Shown here one piece after another: positions 20,014 to 30,448 of a DNA stretch of 64,000 nt. The translations under genes were made by a program, and so were the position numbers. Every line of letters begins with the position of its first letter. Positions within the stretch are counted from its first letter, which is position 1. The DNA is from an uncultured Poribacteria bacterium (GTDB lineage: Bacteria > Poribacteria > WGA-4E > WGA-3G): NCBI GenBank assembly GCA_958296135.2, contig CATQHZ020000001.1, positions 320,001-384,000 of the forward strand, read 5' to 3'. Below the pieces are notes generated by a model. That model was given only the letters and a program-made list of their open reading frames with translations. It was not told the origin of the DNA and did no database searches.

Positions 20014-21633
20014 ATGAAAATGAAAAACCGAAATCAACAGGGCGAGCGGCACAAATGGAGTTCCGCCAAAACCGACTACGCGAGGCATTACCAACGAATC
20101 TGGTTCTCCATACTGGTTCTTGGAGCATTCCTATCAGGATGCATGATGTCATCCGGTGACCGGATCCGGCCATCCGTTGCCGCCGCCGAATTTAGTTTTC
20201 AGCAGGCCGAGGTTATCACCGGCCCCGCGAAACACCAAACCGTCTTGACCGGATTCCTACTCGGAGGCCCTATCGCGGAAATTGTCGTTGTGAATAGCGA
20301 CCGCGGCTTACGCATCTACGCGTTTAACGAGGGCACCTGGGTGCCGAAACTCAACGCAACGCTGCGTCCTGATGTGTTGTTCGTTGACGTAGCTAACATC
20401 GGTGGACGCGACCGGCTGATAACCTACGAACGCGGCAGCCTGAACTGGTTCGAGCCGGAATCGGCGACGGCACACACACTGGTGGAGGTTCCATCTATCA
20501 ATCCGCCTCCCACAGGCGAAATCCCGCATGTTGACATCACTCGCGATGTGAACGGTGACGGCCTTGACGATCTGGTAGTGCCAGACTTCGATGGATTCTC
20601 GGTATTCGTCCAACTGAACGATGGCGTATTCGCCGAACCAGTGAAACTCGGCACCTCCACCGAGATGGATAGCCTCTACGAAGCCGATGGATATCGACAC
20701 TATCCATGGAAACAGAATCGCATCCACGAAATGGACTATAACCGAGACGGCCGCAGCGATCTGGTATTCTGGGACGAAGCCCATTTTGAAGTTCACCTTC
20801 AGAACGAGCAGGGCATGTTTGCCCCGGTAGCCAAAACTTTCACTACCGATGTGGCATTTGACTCCGATAACCTCGGCACCCTCGCCGCGCCGCAAAAAAC
20901 TCGCCAGCGACAGAAAGACCACGGACTGACAGGAAAAATGACCGGGAGAGTGCTGCACGCGTTCACCGACATGAACGGCGACAGCATCGCCGACATCGGG
21001 ATTTTCTCTCTGAAGGGCGGAGGCCTGTGGAACATGTACTCCACCTACGAGGTGCATTTCGGCACGCCGACACCTGATGGCGGCATCATGTTCGCACCAG
21101 AGGAAAGCACTGAACTCCTGTCGGACGGCATCCCGTTTGGCATGGAACAACATGACTTCAACTTTGACGGCCAGGTCGACATGATGTTCACAATTCTCAA
21201 ACCGCGCGTCTTCAAGGCTATCGGCATGATTATTGACTCATTGCTGACAGGTTCGGTGACGATGGAGCTCAAGTTCTACCGCATGGAAAGCGGCAGTTAT
21301 CCCGACAAACCCACTACCTCTCGGCCGATCAGAGTCGAAACGACTGGCAAGTCAGGGGAAAGATCGCTCTATCCATCAGTACTCATCGGGGATGTGAACG
21401 GCGACAGACGCGCGGACTTGCTGGTGCAGCAGGGCAGGAAAGAGCTGCGCGTCTTCCTCGGTGTGCCGGGACCGGAACTGTTCACTCGGCGGGCTCAGAA
21501 GGTGGCAGTCTCAATGCCTCATGAGGAATACACTTGGCTAGTAGAGCTCAACAAGGACAGCAAACAGGACATCCTCATGCATCACCCATCCACTACCGAG
21601 CCACATCGGGTGACAACGCTGATCACTCGATGA
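20014..21633 (+). CDS. FG-GAP/VCBS repeat lipoprotein
   Basis: Repeated DxNGDGxxD motifs (DVNGDGLDD, DYNRDGRSD, DFNFDGQVD, DVNGDRRAD); FLSGC lipobox. Confidence 0.85.
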   Translation: MKMKNRNQQGERHKWSSAKTDYARHYQRIWFSILVLGAFLSGCMMSSGDRIRPSVAAAEFSFQQAEVITGPAKHQTVLTGFLLGGPIAEIVVVNSDRGLRIYAFNEGTWVPKLNATLRPDVLFVDVANIGGRDRLITYERGSLNWFEPESATAHTLVEVPSINPPPTGEIPHVDITRDVNGDGLDDLVVPDFDGFSVFVQLNDGVFAEPVKLGTSTEMDSLYEADGYRHYPWKQNRIHEMDYNRDGRSDLVFWDEAHFEVHLQNEQGMFAPVAKTFTTDVAFDSDNLGTLAAPQKTRQRQKDHGLTGKMTGRVLHAFTDMNGDSIADIGIFSLKGGGLWNMYSTYEVHFGTPTPDGGIMFAPEESTELLSDGIPFGMEQHDFNFDGQVDMMFTILKPRVFKAIGMIIDSLLTGSVTMELKFYRMESGSYPDKPTTSRPIRVETTGKSGERSLYPSVLIGDVNGDRRADLLVQQGRKELRVFLGVPGPELFTRRAQKVAVSMPHEEYTWLVELNKDSKQDILMHHPSTTEPHRVTTLITR

Positions 21634-21704
21634 ACAAAAGTTTATAGGAAAGCACCCTTCCGATAAAACCCCGTTAGGGATGCAATGTTTATAGGAGAAA
21701 AATC

Positions 21705-22220
21705 GTGACACGCTTGATTTCTTGCCTCATCTGCCTCTTTTTGGGAGTCACTCTCAGTTTCTCGGTGAAGGCGCAAGAAACTGAACTCACCAAAGATTAC
21801 GGAATCGGATTTCAGGGAGCTACACCCGCATTTGGGGGCATCAGTTTTCGCTATTGCGGCCTGGCACCCGTATATCTGCAAACCGTTGGGCGTTTTATGC
21901 GCATCGACCAGGAGACCGACCACGTGTTAGGCGCAGGCGTTTCATACGCCATATTTGAGAAGCAACGCCGGTGGAACATCGCTCGACTTTATTTTACGTT
22001 AGAAGGCGGCTGGCGATATAAAAAAGCCTCGGAACTCCCAACCACCACGACGCTGGCAGGTGGACTCGCTTTTGGCGGCGAACTCGTGTTTTCACTCGGC
22101 GGAATTCCCCTCGGTTTGAACGTGGCAATCGGCCAGGGGTTCGGCAGGGAAAGCACGAGCACTGAATCTAAGCCTCTTGCTGGCGTTTACGTCGGCGCGG
22201 GGGTACATGCCTATTTTTAG
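21705..22220 (+). CDS. Hypothetical exported protein, small outer-membrane beta-barrel-like
   Basis: Signal peptide, amphipathic Gly/aromatic strands, ends GVHAYF. Confidence 0.65.
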   Translation: MTRLISCLICLFLGVTLSFSVKAQETELTKDYGIGFQGATPAFGGISFRYCGLAPVYLQTVGRFMRIDQETDHVLGAGVSYAIFEKQRRWNIARLYFTLEGGWRYKKASELPTTTTLAGGLAFGGELVFSLGGIPLGLNVAIGQGFGRESTSTESKPLAGVYVGAGVHAYF

Positions 22221-22245
22221 GTCTCTTTTTCAACAAGGATCAGAT

Positions 22246-24546
22246 ATGCACAAAAACAGCAACTGCTTGGCATTTATCTTCTTGCTACTTGCTATCACGC
22301 GCATCGGACTAGCCGACGAATCCGCGCTTAAAAACCCTGACGGGACATGGAAATGGACGAACCGGCTCATCCATGAAACAAGTCCCTATTTACAGCTTCA
22401 CGCGCACAATCCTGTAGACTGGTACCCGTGGGGCGATGAAGCACTCGCGCAGGCGAAAGCGGAGAACAAATTGATTTTCCTGTCTGTCGGCTATGCCACC
22501 TGCTATTGGTGCCACGTGATGGAACGCCAAGTCTTCTCAAATCCAGAAATCGCTAATCAGATGAACGCGGCGTTCATTAACATCAAGATCGACCGGGAGG
22601 AACGTCCAGACCTGGATGACATCTACATGACTGCAACGCAGCTCCTCATCGGCCGCGGCGGATGGCCGAACTCTGTCTTCCTCACCCCTGATTTAAAGCC
22701 GTTTTACGCCGGCACCTATTTCCCACCGACAGATATGCCGGGCAGACCGGGGTTCCCTACGATTTTAGAGGCAGTTCAGGAGGCGTGGACAACGCGGGAA
22801 TCGGAAGTCATCGCAGCGGCGGAACAACTCGTCGTGGCCATTGAAAACGCCACCAGCCGAAGGTTCATGTCGCTCTCCCCCGAACTCCCGAAGCGTGAAC
22901 TTATCACCGCCGCCATTGAGAAACTGCGCGGCACCTATAGCCAGAAATATGGTGGATTTGGCGGCGCGCCGAAGTTCCCAGAACCTGCTAACCTGGAGCT
23001 GCTCATCAGTGAATACGAACGCGCTTCGGATGCCGCCCTCCTAGAGATGGTAACCCACACGCTGGAGATGATGGCGCGCGGCGGAATCTATGACCAGGGC
23101 GGCGGCGGGTTCCATCGGTATGCTGTCGATGAAAAGTGGCTTGTCCCACACTTTGAGAAGATGCTCTACGACAACGCGCAACTCGCGAAAATCTATCTGC
23201 AAGTCTACGCGTTAACGAAAGAACCGCGCTATCAACGGATTGCTGAAGAGATTTTCACCTTTGTCGCCCGCGAGATGACAGCACCGGAAGGCGGATTTTA
23301 CGCCGCCTTGGATGCCGAAACCGATGCAGAAGAGGGAAAGTTCTATGTCTGGACAGCAGCGGAAATTGAGGGTATTCTCAAGAACAAGAACGCGAAGGCG
23401 TTCGCCAAGGTCTATGGATTAAACAAAGGCCCCAACTTTGAGGGCAAAAATGTCTTGTATGTCCCCACTGGGATAGGAGAGGCAGAAATTGCCGCGGTTG
23501 CTACTGAACGTGAAGCACTTCTCGCCGCGCGTTCGTTGCGCGAACGTCCGCTTTTGGACACAAAAATTATCGTCAGTTGGAACGGTCTGATGATAGACGC
23601 GCTCGCGAAGGGATATGAAGTGCTTGGAGACGAACGGTATCTCAATGCCGCGCAGAAAGCCGCTGAATTTATCCTAATCGCACTGAAACAACCAAACGGA
23701 CAATTGTGGCATACCTATACCGCCGGTGTCGCCAAATATGATGGGTATCTCGACGACTACGCCTTTTTCGTGCGCGGTTTGCTCAGCTTGTATCACGTGA
23801 CAAGCGAAACCCGTTGGCTGCGCGAGGCGCGAGAACTTACGGATACGATGATAGAACGCTTCTGGGACGACAAAAACGGCGGCTTCTATTTCACGCAGGC
23901 AGACGCGCAACACCTCATCGTCCGGACGAAAAAGCCGTTTGATGCCGCGCTGCCTTCCGGCAACGCCGTTGCTGTCCACAATTTTTTAACGCTAGGGGAT
24001 GCTTATCGGAACCACACTGAACAAACCCTGGTCAGTTTTCGTGCGGCGATGGAACAGCATCCGACCTCTTTCACGCACACTCTCTTCGCGCTGAATCGCT
24101 ATTTATCAGGCAGTGCGCGCTTTCAAAGCACGCCTACGGATGAAGTAGTCTCCGCAATAGCGACAATGAAACGCGTTGATGAACAAGGGTTTGAGGTAGA
24201 AGTAGCACTTAAAATTAAGGAGAGGTGGCACATTAACGCGAATCCGACTGCGCGCTTGCAAAGCGCGCCGCTAATTCCGACAACCCTCACCGTGGACGCA
24301 GATGCACCCGTCGAGATTGTCGCGGTGGCATACCCGAAAGGGATCTCGGCGCAATTCGCCTTCAGCGAAGAACCTTTGACAATCTATGAAGGCGAACTGA
24401 TAATTTCCGTTCAATTGAAACGTAAACCGGTGGTAGAAGAAACCTCCCGGGCGCAATTCTTCACGCTGAATCTCACTTATCAACCGTGCAATGAGACAGC
24501 GTGTTTACTGCCGCAGGTGCTTGACATCCCGATAGAATTCCCGTAA
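22246..24546 (+). CDS. YyaL/SSP411 (DUF255) thioredoxin-domain protein with C-terminal DsbD-N-like domain
   Basis: [43 protein letters not shown]; tail WHINAN...[10 protein letters not shown]. Confidence 0.9.
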   Translation: MHKNSNCLAFIFLLLAITRIGLADESALKNPDGTWKWTNRLIHETSPYLQLHAHNPVDWYPWGDEALAQAKAENKLIFLSVGYATCYWCHVMERQVFSNPEIANQMNAAFINIKIDREERPDLDDIYMTATQLLIGRGGWPNSVFLTPDLKPFYAGTYFPPTDMPGRPGFPTILEAVQEAWTTRESEVIAAAEQLVVAIENATSRRFMSLSPELPKRELITAAIEKLRGTYSQKYGGFGGAPKFPEPANLELLISEYERASDAALLEMVTHTLEMMARGGIYDQGGGGFHRYAVDEKWLVPHFEKMLYDNAQLAKIYLQVYALTKEPRYQRIAEEIFTFVAREMTAPEGGFYAALDAETDAEEGKFYVWTAAEIEGILKNKNAKAFAKVYGLNKGPNFEGKNVLYVPTGIGEAEIAAVATEREALLAARSLRERPLLDTKIIVSWNGLMIDALAKGYEVLGDERYLNAAQKAAEFILIALKQPNGQLWHTYTAGVAKYDGYLDDYAFFVRGLLSLYHVTSETRWLREARELTDTMIERFWDDKNGGFYFTQADAQHLIVRTKKPFDAALPSGNAVAVHNFLTLGDAYRNHTEQTLVSFRAAMEQHPTSFTHTLFALNRYLSGSARFQSTPTDEVVSAIATMKRVDEQGFEVEVALKIKERWHINANPTARLQSAPLIPTTLTVDADAPVEIVAVAYPKGISAQFAFSEEPLTIYEGELIISVQLKRKPVVEETSRAQFFTLNLTYQPCNETACLLPQVLDIPIEFP

Positions 24547-24601
24547 ATACACAATTGTCAGGGCGGATGTCGTTCATATCCACCCGTGTATCGCAACGCT
24601 C

Positions 24602-25522
24602 ATGATGTCGCCAACAAACCACACAATTACTGCAATTACCGGCATTAAAGTCGGCCACGCCACCAATCCCACTGCCAGAACCGGTTGCACCGTCATCCTC
24701 TGTGAAGAAAGTGCGACAGCAGGCGTTGATGTGCGCGGCTCTGCCCCCGGCACGCGGGAGACAGAGGCTATTCGCCCCGGCCGCCTCGTCCAAAAAGCTC
24801 ACGCCGTATTGCTGACCGGCGGCAGTGCCTTCGGGCTAGATGCAGCAAGCGGTGTCGTCCAATACCTTGAGGAACGAAACGTCGGGTTTCTGGCAGGACC
24901 TGTACGCGTCCCGATTGTCCCCGCCGCCGTGATTTTCGACTTGGGGGTAGGCGACGCGAGGGTGCGGCCAGACCGGCAGATGGGATATGACGCATGCCTT
25001 AATGCCTCCGACGAACTTGTGCCGATGGGACCTGTCGGTGCAGGAACAGGGGCCACCGTCGGCAAGGGACCCAGAGTAGAGGCATCTCCTGGTGGCATCG
25101 GTTCGGCGTGTCGGCAACTCACCGATGGGCTGCTTGTCGGTGCGATTATGGTAGTGAATGCCCTCGGTAACGTCGTGCATCCGAAGACCGGGGAGATTGT
25201 CGCAGGAGCGAAGGAAAACGGCGCATTCGTGGATATTACCGAACGATTATTGGGGGCAGAACTTTTCGCGGGGACAAACACCACTATTGGCGTGATTGCG
25301 ACAAACGCCGCCCTCTCGCCTGCGGAAGTGACGAAAGTGGCAGAGATGGGGCACGATGGCCTCGCGCGTGCCATTCGGCCTGCACACACAATGTTCGATG
25401 GCGATACGCTCTTCGCGCTCTCCATCGGCACGCATACAAGCGATGTCAACACGGTGGGCATCCTCGCCGCAGAAGTTGTCGCTGAGGCAATTGTAAAAGC
25501 GGTTACCTCTCCTTTCCTTTAA
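24602..25522 (+). CDS. P1/S58 family peptidase (DmpA-like)
   Basis: GVDVRGSAPGTRET, LTGGSAFGL, NTTIGV, PAHTMFDGDT. Confidence 0.92.
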   Translation: MMSPTNHTITAITGIKVGHATNPTARTGCTVILCEESATAGVDVRGSAPGTRETEAIRPGRLVQKAHAVLLTGGSAFGLDAASGVVQYLEERNVGFLAGPVRVPIVPAAVIFDLGVGDARVRPDRQMGYDACLNASDELVPMGPVGAGTGATVGKGPRVEASPGGIGSACRQLTDGLLVGAIMVVNALGNVVHPKTGEIVAGAKENGAFVDITERLLGAELFAGTNTTIGVIATNAALSPAEVTKVAEMGHDGLARAIRPAHTMFDGDTLFALSIGTHTSDVNTVGILAAEVVAEAIVKAVTSPFL

Positions 25523-25541
25523 CGAAATCTTCCTATTTCTC

Positions 25542-26389
25542 GTCGCGCGAGGGCCGTTACGCCGAAACGTTGTCATCTCTGCAGCCTCGTTGCAGAGATG
25601 TCCACTGTCCCCCGCAATCCCTGCAAGCGTTACCGTAGCGCGAGGGCCGTTACGCCGAAACGTTGTCATATCTGCAGCCTCGTTGCAGAGATGTCCACTG
25701 TCCCTCGTGGGCACCCAACCTAAACGAAAAACAGCCCCGGAACCGTCGCGCGAGGGCCGTTACGCCGAAACGTTGTCATCTCTGCAGCCTCGTTGCAGAG
25801 ATGTCCACTGTCCCTCGCGAGTCCTTGGACCGAACGAAGAACCTCCCTTGAACCGTAGCGCGAGGGCCCGGCGATCGCTAATCGCCGAGGGTTCCCCTCG
25901 CGATCTCCCGACTAAACGAAAAACGTCCGCAGCCCCCGGGTTTCGGTCTTGTCTGCGACGATCGATGGATGGCGAGGCACAGGACCTCGCCCTACGGTTT
26001 GAGAGGCATTTTTAGTCCCCGTCGCGCGAAGGCCTGTCCCCCGCAATCCCTGCAAGTGTTACCGTAGCGCGGTGGCCTGTCCCTCGCGAGCCCTCAACCT
26101 AAACGAAGAACCTCCCTTGAACCGTAGCGCGAGGGCCTGTCCCTCGCGATCTCCCGACCTGAACGAAAAACCTCCCTTGAACCGTAGCGCGAGGGCCTGT
26201 CCCTCGCGATCTCCCGACCTGAACGAAGAACCTCCCTTGAACCGTAGCGCGAGGGCCTGTCCCTCGCGATCTCCCGACCTGAACGAAGAACCTCCCTTGA
26301 ACCGTAGCGCGAGGGCCTGTCTCCCGCGATGCTGTTTCTGTCTGAATTCAGACAGACATAGGATTGCGCGGTTTCCAACCGCGCCTACG
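25542..26389. repeat. BIME-like mosaic array of about 11 family A REP units plus one family B; includes four 60-bp tandem units (26102-26329)
   Basis: Units at 25542, 25635, 25745 (cargo 1), 25855 (cargo 2), ~25970 reverse, 26021, 26064, 26124, 26184, 26244, 26304. Confidence 0.92.
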
Positions 26390-26396
26390 AAACTGC

Positions 26397-28028
26397 TCAG
26401 ACAGATGAAGGCCGTTCCTGCATCACAGGAATGACGTAACTCCGAATCGTCAATCCGTCCAGTGTTTCTGTTGTCACGCGTGGCTGCGGCTTTGCGCGAT
26501 GATCGAAGACGACGTAGTATCCCTCTGTCACCCGTTCCAATGTCAGATAGGCAGCGAGTTGCGCGATTCCCTCCCGGTAACTCTTCTCGCCTTGCCAGAT
26601 TTTGGTTTCGACGATGTATTTCCGGTTGCGGTGGTTCACGAGAAGATCGATCCGGCCCCGCCCTGTTTGCACTTCAAGATGCATTACGCCTTGAACTTGC
26701 CGGACAACCTGGTCCAGATAAGCGAACAGGAGGTGCTGTCCGACATACTCTTTCGGTTTCTGTGGTACGTGGAGGAGGCGAAAACCGACGCGCGCAATGA
26801 AATCTTGGAAGTTATTCAACAGCTGCTCCATGTCAATTCGTCCTTCCGGCGTGAGGCAATCGCGATATCCGTTGCCGGTGTCTTGCGGGTAGTATTCGCC
26901 TTCCAGTCCGTTCCTCGGCGGCTTGAACGTCCGCAGGATACGGTAGAGATAAATCGGGTTTGCAATCTCACACATGCCATCTTCTCCCGCCACGATGACA
27001 CCGTAGGTGGCGAGTTCACTGATGATGTCATCGTCCCAATCGAACTCCACGCCTTCATCATAAGAAGCGATTTGCATCAGACGCCTTTCAAAGCGAGCGT
27101 CACGCCGAACATTGGTAGTGAGATGTTGGATGTTGACATTTCGCTCCCGAAGGATGCGCCAATGCGCTTTTGAAAAGTGCTGCATATCAATCGGAGTCGT
27201 TTTCGGAATGTCCATCTCTTCTGTCAGGATTTGCGCAAGGCGATTGACGAGCACGGGCTGTCCGGCTGTCTGCTTGTGGACATTCTCAATCACCTCCGAC
27301 GCGAAGGTTTGACCGGCTTCCTCTGTATACTGCCCAAGGAGTTCTTCCACCTGCGCGCGGGTAAAGTTTGGTAGGGCAAACTCGTCCTGAATGTTGAACG
27401 GCGAGATAGTCCTGTCGTAGTTCAACTGCGTGAGACTCTTCACACCGACGATACCGACGCTGTAGGGACACCGCGACACCGCATCGGAAAGGTAGATTTG
27501 GCGGAGCGCATGAAGAAAACCTCGCACAGCCCCGAGCGGAATCCCATCAAATTCGTCAATGATGATGACAACCCGTAACGCCTCTTCCGATTTCTCTACC
27601 GAGCCGGCCTTCTCGGGATTTAGCAACCTCGCGAGGTGCCTAAAAAATCCTCTCATTGAAACGTGATCGGTTATCTGGGAATCTTCCAAAAAGCGCGTTA
27701 ACGCATCGGATAGAACGATACCACGCCTTTGGAATTCTTCTTTCATTGCCAGGCAAATATCTTCGCAGAGGTAGCCGTAAAAAGGGGCCGGCTCAATATC
27801 AACAAACACTTGGAAATCCAAGTGGATAGGGAAGTAGAGCGGTTCTTCTTCCTCCAATTTTTCGAGTGCCCATCGGAAAAAAGTCGTCTTGCCTGTCTGC
27901 CGTGGCGCGAAGAGCACGATGTAGCGTCCCTCTTTCAAACGGGTGACGAAATCGGCGAGTTCATCGGCGCGAGAGACGACGTAGTGCTTCTCCGGATACA
28001 CGCGCCCTTGCGTCCAAAATCTTTTCAT
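26397..28028 (-). CDS. AAA-like (STAND-type) ATPase fused to C-terminal PD-(D/E)XK nuclease-like domain
   Basis: Walker A APRQTGKTT, Walker B IIIDEFD, GQP motif; C-terminal GRGRID...YIVETK. Confidence 0.85.
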   Translation of the reverse strand: MKRFWTQGRVYPEKHYVVSRADELADFVTRLKEGRYIVLFAPRQTGKTTFFRWALEKLEEEEPLYFPIHLDFQVFVDIEPAPFYGYLCEDICLAMKEEFQRRGIVLSDALTRFLEDSQITDHVSMRGFFRHLARLLNPEKAGSVEKSEEALRVVIIIDEFDGIPLGAVRGFLHALRQIYLSDAVSRCPYSVGIVGVKSLTQLNYDRTISPFNIQDEFALPNFTRAQVEELLGQYTEEAGQTFASEVIENVHKQTAGQPVLVNRLAQILTEEMDIPKTTPIDMQHFSKAHWRILRERNVNIQHLTTNVRRDARFERRLMQIASYDEGVEFDWDDDIISELATYGVIVAGEDGMCEIANPIYLYRILRTFKPPRNGLEGEYYPQDTGNGYRDCLTPEGRIDMEQLLNNFQDFIARVGFRLLHVPQKPKEYVGQHLLFAYLDQVVRQVQGVMHLEVQTGRGRIDLLVNHRNRKYIVETKIWQGEKSYREGIAQLAAYLTLERVTEGYYVVFDHRAKPQPRVTTETLDGLTIRSYVIPVMQERPSSV

Positions 28029-28161
28029 GCTTTCTCCCTCTTGTCAAACACATCGAAAAACTTAGCATCGAGAACGGCGATGAAACCCTCGGCGATTCGT
28101 GCTCGCCGGATGACGAGAATACCCTTCCAAATCATCAATCCCGCTCGCCGAACGCTTCGCG

Positions 28162-29547
28162 CTAAGACGAAGAAATCGGTTGCCCTCGCAATTCCGGCGG
28201 AATCGCAATCCCGAATTCTTGCAATACCGTCGGTGCAATGTCATATAAGTGCCGCGCTGGCATATAGCCAGTCGCCTTGCATTGCCGGGACTTCATAACG
28301 AAGATGCCTGTCTGCGCGTGGTTACAATCGTCCGGGCCGGTGTCGTTTTCGTAGGTATAAATACTATTGTAGCCGACGCTGCCCACCGAACGCCAATAGA
28401 GATTACCGAAATAGGCGATGAGGTCCGGCGCGATGTTTCGGCATTTTCTATAAACTTCTTCCGGTTTAAAGACGCGCGTGCCGATGTTTTCACCGGTTTC
28501 ATCAACGATTGCTTCCAGCCGCGCCTTCAATTCATTGCGAACCTTTTCGTAATCCTGCGGTGGGATGATTCCATGAGGCTCCCTGCCCTTCACGTTCAGA
28601 AAGATGCGTCCATAATACCCGCCTTCACCCCACGCCTGTGTGCAATGCCAATCTACTAAATCCGGAGAAAAAGGCGTGATTTCTTCCGGGCGCGTTTTCA
28701 ACGTCAGGTATCCGTGTTGCTGCAGCCATTCGTTAACACAGATACCGCCGTCCATCCGCTTGGCACCGTGGTCAGAAACGATTAGGACGGTAGTGTTTTC
28801 GTCAATCAATTCTAACAGCCTGGCTAATTCAGCATCAAGCATGGCATAATATCGGCGCATCGTATCTGAAAAGGGAGAATCCGGTTCATGCTGTCGGTGC
28901 GATGTATCCCAAAACCGCCAGAAGGCGTGGTGAAGCCGGTCGGAGCCCATCTCCACCATCATGAACAGCTCCCAGGGTTTTGTCTTGAGCAGGTGCCGTG
29001 CCAGTTTGAAGCGCGCCGCTGTCATTTTAAACAGAGCGCGTTCTAATTCGGTGCGCCGCTCTGTCCGAAAATTCGGGACATCAATCATGTAATCGCTGGC
29101 GACTTGCGCGATTTCGCGCTTGAGTCGTGGCGGAAAGCACCACTGCGAATTGAGGCTCGGCGTGAGAAAGCTGCTCGCCATCCATCCCGGAAACGGCTTC
29201 GGCGGATACGTCAGCGGCACGCCTAAGACGACAGACTTTTTCCCGTGAGCCCCGACGATGTCCCACAACGTCGGCAAGGTGACAGCGTGCGAATTGACGA
29301 TGTAGAGGTTCTCGTAGGAATAATCTTTCCGGTTGCGAAAGCCGTAGATGCCGATTTCGCCCGGGTCTCGGCCCGTCATCATGCACATCCACGCAGGCAC
29401 GGTGATAGGCGGAATCGTGCTTTCCAATTGTCCATAAATCCCAGTTTCCATTAAACGGCGTGTGTGCGGCATGTCGTCCCTGAACGCGTCAAAAACAAGT
29501 TCGGGTGCGGCGCAATCCCAACCGATGATGAGAACGCGTTTTTTCAA
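28162..29547 (-). CDS. Alkaline phosphatase superfamily protein (type I phosphodiesterase/NPP-like)
   Basis: IIGWDCA, STIPPITVPAW (Thr nucleophile), DRLHH, VSDHG; TTG start at 29547 after GGAG. Confidence 0.88.
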   Translation of the reverse strand: MKKRVLIIGWDCAAPELVFDAFRDDMPHTRRLMETGIYGQLESTIPPITVPAWMCMMTGRDPGEIGIYGFRNRKDYSYENLYIVNSHAVTLPTLWDIVGAHGKKSVVLGVPLTYPPKPFPGWMASSFLTPSLNSQWCFPPRLKREIAQVASDYMIDVPNFRTERRTELERALFKMTAARFKLARHLLKTKPWELFMMVEMGSDRLHHAFWRFWDTSHRQHEPDSPFSDTMRRYYAMLDAELARLLELIDENTTVLIVSDHGAKRMDGGICVNEWLQQHGYLTLKTRPEEITPFSPDLVDWHCTQAWGEGGYYGRIFLNVKGREPHGIIPPQDYEKVRNELKARLEAIVDETGENIGTRVFKPEEVYRKCRNIAPDLIAYFGNLYWRSVGSVGYNSIYTYENDTGPDDCNHAQTGIFVMKSRQCKATGYMPARHLYDIAPTVLQEFGIAIPPELRGQPISSS

Positions 29548-29725
29548 AATAATCTCTCCTTCAAGCCAGAGCGGTTCAGTCCTCACATTTTCTCGCCCTT
29601 CGTCCATCCTTACACTCGGGTGCAACCGGCGCGCCCATTCTGCATGCGTCTTGGAAAAATTGCCCGATTTCATTCTGAAAGTTCGTTTAATCTTGTCCTG
29701 TTCGGGCTTGGGATAACTACCCCCT

Positions 29726-30244
29726 TCACCCCGTTGATATCACCGGTAAGCTCCCAACCAAACGCACCGTATCCACACTCACTGTCACAACGCGCCCGAT
29801 CAAATCCACAAGATACCGCGGCGCATCAACACGGTTCGGATCGTTCACAATGCCGCTCCGTTTATCTGTTTTCACGCGGTACTGAGCGACGAGCCACTCT
29901 AACGCTGAACGGTTCCCCAACCGATACGCAAACGCCTCTGGCGGAATCCCATCAAGCGTCAGGAATTCGTTATAGACAAGCCGCGTCTTCTCCTTGGCGA
30001 ATTTCATCCGTTCCACGCGCCAATTCACTGGCACATCCGGGGTTTCAAGCCACCGTAAATTTTCGTATTCCGGCACCGCTTCATAGTCGACGTGGAGAGA
30101 TGCTAACTGTTTGCCTATCGTCACGAACCCCCGGAAATCCGGCGCGAAGGGGAGGTGCGGCAGCGAGCGCGTGAGGTTCACCCGAAGGGTGGCGTAGTAG
30201 TCGCGCACCGGCTTGCTGTCGGGTTTTAGGGTTAATTTCCGCAT
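29726..30244 (-). pseudogene. Internally deleted type ISP/IIG-like restriction-modification gene (C-terminal specificity domain remains)
   Basis: LPHLPF, LASLHVDYE, YNEFLTLDGIP, YRLGNRSALEW, DKRSGIVNDPN typical of the type ISP C-terminus; only ~20 aa precede it. Confidence 0.75.
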
Positions 30245-30448
30245 AAAGGTGATGATAACAGAATGGATATTCAGTATCAAGGTTAAAACCGTAGGGGGTG
30301 TTAGGTTGCTAGAGTCCAAAGCACGCGAGGGACAGGTTTCCCTCGCGCTACGGTTAAAACGGGTATCCGTAGGGTGAAGGCCTGTCCCTCGCCATGCATC
30401 GGTTGGGAACTCGCGACACGGGAATCAGACGGTTGTTTTATATTGATG

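Noticed and set aside
26102-26329. CRISPR array
   Set aside because: The sequences between repeats are near-identical rather than unique spacers, and no cas genes are present; it is a REP tandem array
25247-26434. Several ORFs across the REP array
   Set aside because: Repeat-derived open frames without family motifs or start signals
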